A program made the position numbers and the translations under genes. The notes beneath the pieces were generated by a model. It searched no databases. It was given only the letters and a program-made list of their open reading frames with translations, and was not told where the DNA came from. A stretch of DNA of 32,000 bases from Allobaculum fili (GTDB taxonomy: Bacteria > Bacillota_I > Bacilli_A > Erysipelotrichales > Erysipelotrichaceae), in NCBI RefSeq assembly GCF_020969955.1, contig NZ_JAHDSX010000013.1:1-32000 (forward strand), written 5' to 3'. Of the stretch, positions 1 to 7,598 are shown in pieces. Position 1 is the stretch's first letter. Each line of letters opens with the position of its first letter.

Positions 1-36
1 CCGGATCCGAAGTATGAAGAAAACGATGAAGAATAA
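1..36 (+). CDS. 3' end of an unidentified CDS entering from upstream (...PDPKYEENDEE*)
   Basis: Frame 1 is open from the window edge to TAA at 34-36 and is followed by a small hairpin. It is too short to name. Confidence 0.3.
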   Translation, partial: PDPKYEENDEE

Positions 37-48
37 AAAATACGCCAA

Positions 49-75
49 GCGGGATCTCGAAAGGGATCCCGTTTA
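49..75 (+). terminator. Possible weak intrinsic terminator after the truncated upstream CDS
   Basis: CGGGATC (50-56) pairs with GATCCCG (65-71) around an 8-nt loop, followed by only TTT. Confidence 0.35.
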
Positions 76-139
76 GCGTATCTAATATTCAGTCTCGCGT
101 ATACCCGTCGATTGTTTGACACTTACTGCGAACGTCCAA

Positions 140-174
140 AGAAAAATGCGCGCCGCCGTAAGCCGGCAGCGCGC
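140..174 (-). terminator. Probable intrinsic terminator of the aminotransferase gene
   Basis: GC-rich imperfect hairpin GCGCGCCGCCG/CCGGCAGCGCGC (148-174). On the minus strand it is followed by ATTTTTC (A-run 142-146 on plus). It lies about 130 nt past the stop at 307. Confidence 0.5.
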
Positions 175-306
175 AAGGAGCGTCCAGTAAATGGGTTTGT
201 GAGTACGGAATAGATGGACCGCACAAGCAGAATGCGTAGATGCAGGGCGCATGAATATGCATGTATATTATGCAATAGGCGTGCAGATAAGGAGCTGCGA
301 CTGGAA

Positions 307-1485
307 TCAATGTTCCAAACGCAGGAAGAAGCGGGTATCGAGCAGGCGCTTCGCTGCGGTTCGAATCGTGTAGCTTGAAACGACTAAAGCCAGACGGACA
401 TAGCGGCGCCCCTGTTCGCCAAACGCCAGGCCTGGCGTGACCAGAATGCCGGTTTCATGAAGCAGATCTTTCGCAAACGCAAAGGAATCTTGCCATTCAT
501 CCGGAATTTTCGCCCAGACAAACATGGTGCCCTCGGGCAGCTTCAGATCCCAGCCGGCCTGAGAAAACTCGCTGACCATCAGACGCCGGCGGATCTCATA
601 CGTTTCCCGCGTTTTCGCCACGACAGGCGATCCCGTCTTCAGAGCGGTAATGCCCGCATACTGAACCGGAAGGAAAACGCCGTAGTCCATATTGGACTTC
701 AGATTGCGATAGGCGGCGATCACATCTTCGTTGCCGCAGAGAATACCCAGTCTTGCACCGGCCATTCCATACGATTTGGAAAAGGAATTGAGTTCTACGC
801 CGACTTCCTTCGCACCGGGATAGGACAGAAAGCTTTTCGGCTTGCTTCCATCGAAAATCAGATCGCTGTAGGCGTTATCGTAGACGACCAGAATATGATT
901 GTCGCTCGCAAAGCGGATCAGCTTTTCAATAAACCAGTCGGGCGCGACGGCACCGGTCGGGTTGTTTGGATAGTTCACCAGCATCATTCGCGCTTTTTTG
1001 CGCTCTTCTTCACTGATTGCATCAAAGTCGATCAGATAATCGTTTTCTTCCTTGAGGGGCATGAACAGAACATCCGCCTCCGCCATGCGCGGCGCATCGA
1101 GATAGGCTGGATAGTACGGATCCGGGATTAGATAGCCATCATGCGGGTTGCAGAAGAGAAGCGGGAGATTGACCAGCGCTTCCTGCGATCCCTGAAGCAG
1201 GCAGATTTCCGATGGCTTCAGGCAGACTTCGTAATGCTCCTGATACCAGTCCTGGATCGCTTTCACCAGTTCGGGCAGGGGAGACACCGCATAGCGGTAG
1301 TTGGCAGGAACGGCTGCCTGTTCGCAAAGCGTATCGATGACGCTCTGCGCGGGCGGAATGTCCGGGGAACCCAGAGAGAAATCCAGGACTGTCATCTGTT
1401 CTTCCTGTTCAAGTCGTTCTTTTTCCGCTTTGAGTTCGGTAAAGACCGAAGTATGCAAAGCTCTCATTCGTCTGGCAAGTTTCAT
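307..1485 (-). CDS. PLP-dependent aminotransferase, class I/II fold (AspB/DapL-like)
   Basis: The ORF track protein carries typical fold-type I motifs: NYPNNPTG, YDNAYSDL, and SFSKSYGMAGARLG with the PLP lysine. I placed the start at the internal ATG (MKLARRM...), giving 392 aa, which is the usual family length. No clear SD precedes it, so the start is uncertain. Confidence 0.85.
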   Translation of the reverse strand: MKLARRMRALHTSVFTELKAEKERLEQEEQMTVLDFSLGSPDIPPAQSVIDTLCEQAAVPANYRYAVSPLPELVKAIQDWYQEHYEVCLKPSEICLLQGSQEALVNLPLLFCNPHDGYLIPDPYYPAYLDAPRMAEADVLFMPLKEENDYLIDFDAISEEERKKARMMLVNYPNNPTGAVAPDWFIEKLIRFASDNHILVVYDNAYSDLIFDGSKPKSFLSYPGAKEVGVELNSFSKSYGMAGARLGILCGNEDVIAAYRNLKSNMDYGVFLPVQYAGITALKTGSPVVAKTRETYEIRRRLMVSEFSQAGWDLKLPEGTMFVWAKIPDEWQDSFAFAKDLLHETGILVTPGLAFGEQGRRYVRLALVVSSYTIRTAAKRLLDTRFFLRLEH

Positions 1486-1812
1486 CCGATATTCTGGCTG
1501 GCCGATTCTGTATCTAATAGAAAAGCTCTGACCAGCTTCCTCCTTTCGCCCGCGGCTTCCCAAAAAGATTCGCAGAGAATCCTTCCAAAGCATCAGCATC
1601 CGCCTGACACAGTTCTGCAGCAGACGGCGCTTCTATGGACAGAATCTATTGTATCAAGGATTGAGAAGCCGCGTTTGACGGGCGCTGAAGAATGGAAAAA
1701 GCCGAAAAAAACAGAGCGCTTTCTCCCAAACAGAATTGCGGCGATCGCAAAAAGTCTTATTTGAATTAGAAATCTATCGTATCGATCTTTTTGAGGAAAT
1801 TTATTTTTTTGG

Positions 1813-1842
1813 TTGCATTCAATGTCCGTACCCTGATATACT
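1813..1842 (+). promoter_or_regulatory. Putative sigma-70-type promoter for tRNA-Trp
   Basis: TTGCAT (1813-1818), an 18-nt spacer, then TATACT (1837-1842), about 12 nt upstream of the tRNA 5' end. Confidence 0.45.
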
Positions 1843-1854
1843 GATCAGGCATTC

Positions 1855-1928
1855 AGGGGTATAGTTCAATGGTAGAACAACGGTCTCCAAAACCGTTGAT
1901 GTGGGTTCAACTCCTGCTACCCCTGCCA
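1855..1928 (+). tRNA. tRNA-Trp (anticodon CCA), CCA end encoded
   Basis: Hand-folded cloverleaf: acceptor AGGGGTA/TACCCCT, D arm GTTC..GAAC, anticodon stem ACGGT/ACCGT with loop CTCCAAA, T loop TTCAACT, discriminator G plus CCA. Total 74 nt. Confidence 0.93.
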
Positions 1929-1939
1929 TCGAAAAATAC

Positions 1940-1982
1940 AGCTCGATCCAGACAGAACAATCTGTGGATCGAGCTTTTTTAT
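1940..1982 (+). terminator. Intrinsic terminator after tRNA-Trp
   Basis: An 11-bp perfect stem AGCTCGATCCA/TGGATCGAGCT followed by TTTTTTATT. Confidence 0.8.
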
Positions 1983-2437
1983 TGCCATTCAAAAATGAAA
2001 TGTATCTCCGACGCCTGAGGAAAATCCGATCCTCAGACGTTTTTTAATGGAGCGAGAACAAGAACCTGGCACCGGCTTTCTGGCAGCAAATTGTGAAAAC
2101 GATTCGCAAAGAAGAAAGAGCAGACTGTCCAGGTAAGAATAAGAAAACGCAAAATGGCGCAAACGAAGAAAAGCGCAGATCGGACGGGATCTAATCCGTA
2201 TACAGAACGGAATCAAAAAGTTCGTGACAAGGAATGCCGGAACGGTTCGATCAAAGGGCAGTCTGCCGGTATGAGTACTCAGGCACTCGATCGGTTCCGG
2301 GAAATTGCCTGCCAGCGCAAATCTTCAGGAAGCAATCCATGGATTCTGTGCGTTAAAAAGGCAAGTTAAATAATTAGAAAAAGCAATACATATAGATGAA
2401 CTTTGGGTCGCAGAGCAGTCAATTGGCAATGTAAGCG

Positions 2438-2466
2438 TTGACATTCTTATTACGTGCGTAAATAAT
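2438..2466 (+). promoter_or_regulatory. Putative promoter upstream of the pilus locus
   Basis: Consensus TTGACA (2438-2443), a 17-nt spacer, then AATAAT (2461-2466), in an AT-rich ORF-poor stretch about 410 nt upstream of the first pilus gene. Confidence 0.4.
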
Positions 2467-2880
2467 GACGATGGTCAGGTTAGTTTAAAACAGACGTTAA
2501 AACATGTATCAGTAAGCACCTTTTGTTTATACGGATTCGGCAAAGTTTACATACGAATGATATGAGTTCTGCCTTTCTATTCTCGTGATCTGCCGAAAAG
2601 TGGGGAAAGCTAACCGAGTTGCACTTTATCAATACACACAGTCCGACATCTGTCTTTTTCTGTTTACGCGAAAATTCAGCTGCATTCATGAATTTGCGTA
2701 AAGCCAGAAGAAATGCTTTATCTTCCGCTAGCTTAACATCAGAGCGATCTGCAGGTTTGGAACAAGGCGCCTGATGCTGTACACGGACGAAAACTGGAAG
2801 AGAACATTCGCTGGTCAGACAAAAAAGGCTCTCATTTGCGTCGGGCACAAATGGGAGGTGGTAAGGAGGAGGTGGCTGCA

Positions 2881-4023
2881 GTGCGATCTGAAAAAAAGAA
2901 GACAGTTCTGTTCCTTATTCTTTTGTTCGTATTCTGTATTTTCCCAAATCAGTCGATTCCGATCCATGGAGAAGAGTCCGTACAGATTCTGGTCGATCTG
3001 ACTTCGAGTCCGGCGGATCCGGTGACGGACAGCCGTATCTCGCTTATTCAGGTAGCCCAAACGGTCAACGGGGAATATCAGCTGCTGGCTCCCTTCAATA
3101 CTGGGAAAGCCGATTTTCTTCAGAACTGGTCTGAAGAAATCACAGCCGAACAAAGAGAAGCGTATGCAGAACAGCTTCAGAAACTCACCCTGGAAGCCAT
3201 AAACAAGAACCAACCCGTCGTAAGGATCGAACCCTCAATACAGACAGACCGGCAAATCGGGTATTCCGATCTCCAGCCAGGCCTGTACCTGTTAACGAGC
3301 GCGCAGGGAAATATGTATAGCCTGTATCCGCCGGTCATTGTGGAAATTAAAAGCGGATCCGAAAGTCCGATTCGAATTTTTCCCAAGGTTCAGTATCCAG
3401 GCGTTTCCGTCATTAAGAAGGACGAAAGAGGTCATACCATTACCGGACTGGATTTTGAATTCCGAATTTATGCCAATCCTGAATGCACAGTTGAACTGGC
3501 CGTGCTGAAAGGCAATCCGAGAACAGGCAAAACTGATTTCTATACGCTGACTTCCAGCACCCCCGTTTATCTCAGGGAAGTCAAAGCTCCGAAAGATTAC
3601 AGACTCTCCGATGCGGTCATCCCCATTCACTTTGATGGAAACCAGGTTTTCATCAACGGAACTGAACCGCTGTCCTCCACAAATTCGCCGTATGAATTTG
3701 AAATTCCTGTCGTCAACGAAAAAATCGATTTCGATATTACGACAGATGAAGACAGCTCCGAATCCAGTTCCGACAGCAGTTCTTCCAGTTCAAGCTCGGA
3801 TGACAGTTCTAAGAGTTCAGGGTCTTCCGATTCCTCTTCCGACTCAAACAAATTAACCAGCACGAGCAATTCAAATTCCTCTCATGACCCGTCGCACAGA
3901 GGCAATGGTCTGAATACAGCTGCAGAAATGGGTATTCGGTATCTGCTGATGATTTTTGCGGCTGCAATACTGGGTCTGATTGGATTGACGGCTATTACAA
4001 AAGCCGACAAAAGAAAGAAATAA
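2881..4023 (+). CDS. Sortase-anchored surface protein / minor (basal?) pilin: CnaB-type domain, Ser/Asp-rich stalk, atypical sorting signal
   Basis: A GTG start sits 7-8 nt after AGGAGGAGG (2865-2873), in frame with the 2836 ATG of the track. It has a signal peptide (KKKTVLFLILLFVFCIF), a pilin-motif-like IRIFPKV, and a CnaB-like segment (VSVIKKD...YLREVKAPKDY...EIPVVNEK). A poly-Ser/Asp linker follows, then a C-terminal hydrophobic helix and a KADKRKK tail. Confidence 0.8.
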   Translation: MRSEKKKTVLFLILLFVFCIFPNQSIPIHGEESVQILVDLTSSPADPVTDSRISLIQVAQTVNGEYQLLAPFNTGKADFLQNWSEEITAEQREAYAEQLQKLTLEAINKNQPVVRIEPSIQTDRQIGYSDLQPGLYLLTSAQGNMYSLYPPVIVEIKSGSESPIRIFPKVQYPGVSVIKKDERGHTITGLDFEFRIYANPECTVELAVLKGNPRTGKTDFYTLTSSTPVYLREVKAPKDYRLSDAVIPIHFDGNQVFINGTEPLSSTNSPYEFEIPVVNEKIDFDITTDEDSSESSSDSSSSSSSSDDSSKSSGSSDSSSDSNKLTSTSNSNSSHDPSHRGNGLNTAAEMGIRYLLMIFAAAILGLIGLTAITKADKRKK

Positions 4024-4063
4024 TAATACATTTTCAAATACTAAATGATAAGAGGATTTAGAA

Positions 4064-6061
4064 ATGAAAAGACTATTTAAAGGTATTGCAGCAGCCGGTT
4101 TATCATTGATGATGCTTGCGGGCAATACAATGCAAATGTTTGCGGATGAAATAATACCACCGCAGACGCCTCAAAAAACGACAGAAGGCGTAAGTATCGT
4201 AACTACTGAGCTAGACAACCCAGGCTCTCCTAACAGGAAGTTTGACGTTCTCATCACCATTCCTGAAGGATTTGACGGAAATGTCATTAAGGTCTATCCT
4301 TTGGAAAATATCCCCACGGTCCACGCTCAGCCTAGCGATAAAAGGGATGTCCACGTGAAGATCGTCAATGAATCAGGGAAGGACTATTACTATGTAGATA
4401 AAAGCCTTCAAGTTGAAGTTCCTGCTCAGAATCTGGACGAGCCTAGAGAAACGGTTTACCGTCCTAACAATCAGGCTTTGATAGCATTAGGACTTGATGA
4501 GTATGCGTCGTCAAGGGACCTGGCTGACGCAGCTGTCGGATCTCTACTGAAGGAACAAGGATATGGTACAGGGACAGAGCTTACGGCAGCTCAGATCTGT
4601 GTTGAATACTTGGACGATTACTATTTAGATTATTACAACAATACGTTCAAGGATCCTGAGGCACCACAGGCATCTTCCCTTAGTGAGGTAAGCTATGAGT
4701 ATCGTCAGGCTCTCTTTAACGATATGGCCTATAGCGATGTCAATGGCAACTGGGTTGAAGTCCCAACACAAATCCGCCCGGATAGATGTAGCAACGACCG
4801 TGAGTCAAATGAAGAGGTTAACAAGCTTAGTTACTACCATGCTTATAAGGATCTGCTTCTCTTGAACAAATTTCCTCTTTTAAATTACCAGGACACTGCG
4901 AGCGACGAGTATCTCGGTTTCAACGCTTTTCTAAATCAGCATGTATTTGCGGAGAATGGATTTGACCTCGAAAAACGGGTTCTGGGTACTGCCGCTAACT
5001 GCTACCAGAATCATGTCTTTTATTCCGATATGAGTTTCACGCTGGCTCTGGATGGCGTCAAACCAGAAGAAAAGACTTCTGAACCGGATTTGGTTAAGAA
5101 AATCACTGATGGCGATAAAATTATCATCGATGAGGGAGAGAATGCTGGGGACTATGCCACTGTCGATGCCGATGGTAGGGTGAAATTCGCTCTGACTTCT
5201 CATGTTGGTCAAGATCTTGCAGAAGTAATTAAGCCAAAAGAAGTTTTACCTCCTGGAACACCCGCGGGCGAAACTGTTGAAGACAAGTATGAAACGGTTG
5301 GAACCTATTCTTTCTGCTTTGTCGATAATCTGGACGAAGAACTAATTTTAGATAGAGATTCTATTAAGGTTTCAGTAAATGGAGCAGAGATTGAGCTTCC
5401 TGAGAGCGCTATTGAAATTGTTTCGCCTCTGACGGAAGGCGATTATGCTGGACGTACACAGATTAAAGTATCTGTGGATCTTGTTAGTCTGTTTTATCAA
5501 GGCATTTTCGAATACGAAGATTTTGGTAAAGCTCCGATTGTGATGACTTACACGGCGAAAGTGAAAGACTCTGCAAATGTAAACCCCGGTGATATGTATA
5601 ACACGGCCTGGGTTGAATATCAGGACAAGCAAACTCAGCCCGATGATGTCGAAGTGGATACATTCGGTATTAAAGTCTTCAAATACGATCAGACCTCAAA
5701 CAAGGGACTGCAAGGTGCTGAATTTGAACTGACCTATACAGATGATGAAGGTAATACGGTTGTACTCAAAGCTGTATCTAATGCCGAAGGTTACGTTGAA
5801 TTTAAAGGTCTGAAGGCCGGCGATTATAAGCTCGTGGAAACGAAAGCTCCAGCTGGATACGTTAAATCCGACAAGTCTTTACCAATTAAAGTAAACAAAG
5901 ATACTGATGATGATACGTATTATGTCAACGTAGAATTCGCAAACGCTCCTGAAGTTCATACCGGTGGAAGCGGAACCGTGCTCTTCACCCTGGGCGGCGG
6001 CGCTCTGCTGGTAATCGGTGCTGCGACGTATCTGATTTCAAAAAAACGTCAGGAAAACTAA
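4064..6061 (+). CDS. Isopeptide-domain fimbrial protein (major pilin or tip adhesin) with atypical sorting signal
   Basis: RBS AAGAGGA sits 7 nt before the ATG, followed by a signal peptide. The central segment resembles isopeptide-forming pilin domains (LVKKI...FVDNLDEEL...NTAWVEY). The C-terminal CnaB domain has an exact E-box, YKLVETKAPAGY. The end has EVHTGGSGT, a hydrophobic helix and KKRQEN. Confidence 0.85.
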   Translation: MKRLFKGIAAAGLSLMMLAGNTMQMFADEIIPPQTPQKTTEGVSIVTTELDNPGSPNRKFDVLITIPEGFDGNVIKVYPLENIPTVHAQPSDKRDVHVKIVNESGKDYYYVDKSLQVEVPAQNLDEPRETVYRPNNQALIALGLDEYASSRDLADAAVGSLLKEQGYGTGTELTAAQICVEYLDDYYLDYYNNTFKDPEAPQASSLSEVSYEYRQALFNDMAYSDVNGNWVEVPTQIRPDRCSNDRESNEEVNKLSYYHAYKDLLLLNKFPLLNYQDTASDEYLGFNAFLNQHVFAENGFDLEKRVLGTAANCYQNHVFYSDMSFTLALDGVKPEEKTSEPDLVKKITDGDKIIIDEGENAGDYATVDADGRVKFALTSHVGQDLAEVIKPKEVLPPGTPAGETVEDKYETVGTYSFCFVDNLDEELILDRDSIKVSVNGAEIELPESAIEIVSPLTEGDYAGRTQIKVSVDLVSLFYQGIFEYEDFGKAPIVMTYTAKVKDSANVNPGDMYNTAWVEYQDKQTQPDDVEVDTFGIKVFKYDQTSNKGLQGAEFELTYTDDEGNTVVLKAVSNAEGYVEFKGLKAGDYKLVETKAPAGYVKSDKSLPIKVNKDTDDDTYYVNVEFANAPEVHTGGSGTVLFTLGGGALLVIGAATYLISKKRQEN

Positions 6062-6070
6062 TCCCTATTT

Positions 6071-6107
6071 TCTGAACATCTGTTCAGACAAAACGAATAC
6101 CTGAACA
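6071..6107. repeat. Three copies of CTGAACA/TGTTCAG, including an 8-bp-arm palindrome
   Basis: TCTGAACA-tc-TGTTCAGA (6071-6088) plus CTGAACA again at 6101-6107, immediately 3' of the pilin stop codon. Confidence 0.6.
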
Positions 6108-6147
6108 GGCGGCAGGCAGGATCGCTCATCCTGTCGCCGCCTTTTTC
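6108..6147 (+). terminator. Intrinsic terminator/attenuator between the pilin gene and the sortase gene
   Basis: GGCGGC.CAGGAT (6108-6122) pairs with ATCCTG.GCCGCC (6128-6141) around a 5-nt loop, followed by TTTTT. Confidence 0.7.
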
Positions 6148-6179
6148 TATATCCAGAATTTGTCTTAAAAAGAGGTAGT

Positions 6180-7091
6180 ATGCGCCATAAGAAGAATAAA
6201 ACGAAAAAGAAGCAATCCCGTTTCGGACTGATCCTTGCTCTTCTCATCATGCTTGGCGGTGCGGGTCTGATTTTCTATCCTTCCATCAGCGATATGGTAG
6301 TGAACTATCAGCTCAGCAGAAACATCGACCAGTACAATATCGGACTCGAAGGGGTAGAAGAAAACTTCGATGAAGAGTGGCGGCTGGCGGAAGAATACAA
6401 CGAGTATCTGGCTACCAAAGATCTGCAGCTGACGTGCAGTCCCAAAGAGCGGGAGTATGTCGAAACTTTGCTGAATCCGCTGGGAAGCGGAATGATCGGA
6501 TCGATTCAAATTCCGAAAATCGGGGTCAATATTCCGATATATTACGGAACCGAGGAACAGCAGCTCCAGGCGGGTGCCGGATTCTGGATGGGATCGTCTC
6601 TGCCTACGGGAGGTCCGAGCACACACACCGTTCTCACGGCTCATACCGGACTGGTTCGCGCCAAGCTGTTTACGGACATTGACAAGCTGAAAAACGGAGA
6701 TCAGTTTTTCATCCGTGTGCTGGACCAAACGCTTGCGTATGAGGTAGATCAGCGGCTGATTGTCGATCCGGATGAAATGGAACCGATGTACATTCAGCCC
6801 GGAGAAGATCTGGTCACGCTCTATACGTGCTATCCGTACGGAGTGAATACGCAGCGTCTTCTGGTAAGAGGTCATCGAATCCCGTATGAAGAAGAACCAG
6901 AGAATTCGGAAAATCTCGCCGAAAAACTGCTGAAGAACTACTGGATCTGGATCCTTGTCGTTCTTCTTCTTCTCTTCCTTCTTCTGTGGTGGCTGCTGCA
7001 TCGACACAGAAAGAAGAAGAAAACAAAATCGCAAAAGGAAATGGATGGCGAGAAGACAGATGACGGGAAGACTGGCGAAATCGGTGGCTAA
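6180..7091 (+). CDS. srtC: Class C (pilus-assembly) sortase
   Basis: N-terminal TM anchor, His motif VLTAHTG, catalytic TLYTC (Cys codon 6828-6830), downstream Arg (LLVRGHR), and the extra C-terminal TM helix typical of class C. RBS GAGG sits 5 nt before the ATG. Confidence 0.9.
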   Translation: MRHKKNKTKKKQSRFGLILALLIMLGGAGLIFYPSISDMVVNYQLSRNIDQYNIGLEGVEENFDEEWRLAEEYNEYLATKDLQLTCSPKEREYVETLLNPLGSGMIGSIQIPKIGVNIPIYYGTEEQQLQAGAGFWMGSSLPTGGPSTHTVLTAHTGLVRAKLFTDIDKLKNGDQFFIRVLDQTLAYEVDQRLIVDPDEMEPMYIQPGEDLVTLYTCYPYGVNTQRLLVRGHRIPYEEEPENSENLAEKLLKNYWIWILVVLLLLFLLLWWLLHRHRKKKKTKSQKEMDGEKTDDGKTGEIGG

Positions 7092-7308
7092 GATAGAGCT
7101 GTCCATCCCAGGCTCTCCTTCTTGAACCTGGCCTTCTGATTTCTGACGGATGGTGTCTATCCTGCGCAAGGGGTATGCGATTTTCTCATGCATTTCCAAG
7201 CGGAATTCGAAGTCTGCAGAGTACGCTCAGTTCAGCCCTGAATCAAAGGGAAGGCTTGCAGAAGGGATCGGAACGAATTCCCGTCGGCAGCAGGAGAGGA
7301 GACAGACT

Positions 7309-7548
7309 ATGGATGAAACGATGGCACTGCTTCAGATCGAAAAGATGAAAGGCAGAAAATACGAATATCAGGGAGATGATCCGGATTTCCATGGGGAAAG
7401 CGGAGAATTCGAATGGCTCGATGATATGAACTGCTGCGCGCCGACGGACGCGGTGCTCTTTGCCTTTCAGTGCAAAGGCCAACGCAAAGTGATGACCGCC
7501 GCCCAGTTCCTTGAATTTGTTAAAGCGTGCAAAGTGGTAGAGGAATAA
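7309..7548 (+). CDS. Hypothetical small protein (79 aa)
   Basis: An internal ATG of the track ORF is preceded by GGAGAGGAG about 8 nt upstream. I recognise no motif. A hairpin follows the stop. Confidence 0.4.
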   Translation: MDETMALLQIEKMKGRKYEYQGDDPDFHGESGEFEWLDDMNCCAPTDAVLFAFQCKGQRKVMTAAQFLEFVKACKVVEE

Positions 7549-7566
7549 ATTTCTGAGTCAGAAAAA

Positions 7567-7598
7567 ATGCACCCGGATTTCGGATCATCCGGGTGCAT
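7567..7598. terminator. Strong hairpin, terminator-like mainly on the minus strand
   Basis: A 12-bp perfect stem ATGCACCCGGAT/ATCCGGGTGCAT. On plus it is followed by a weak GCTTTAT. On minus it is followed by TTTTTT (A-run 7562-7566 on plus). Confidence 0.5.

Noticed and set aside
89-310. A 73-aa minus ORF downstream of the aminotransferase.
   Set aside because: It is His/Cys/Tyr-rich nonsense sequence lying in the 3' untranslated and terminator region.
1989-2369. A possible integrase remnant next to the tRNA: minus ORF 1989-2216 contains LRLRHFAFSY, reminiscent of the HxLRH box of tyrosine recombinases. The basic 71-aa plus ORF at 2154-2369 was also considered.
   Set aside because: The resemblance is limited to LRH. 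The flanking residues do not follow the recombinase box II pattern and there is no catalytic Tyr context. Both ORFs are short and overlap each other.
2480-2848. A 122-aa minus-strand ORF upstream of the pilus genes.
   Set aside because: It is Cys-rich with odd composition and has no RBS or motif. It overlaps the pilin start region and sits in AT-rich leader DNA, so it is most likely non-coding.
6165-7199. A 344-aa minus-strand ORF overlapping the sortase gene.
   Set aside because: The plus-strand frame carries the full sortase signature (VLTAHTG, TLYTC, conserved Arg, TM anchors). The antisense product has no motif.
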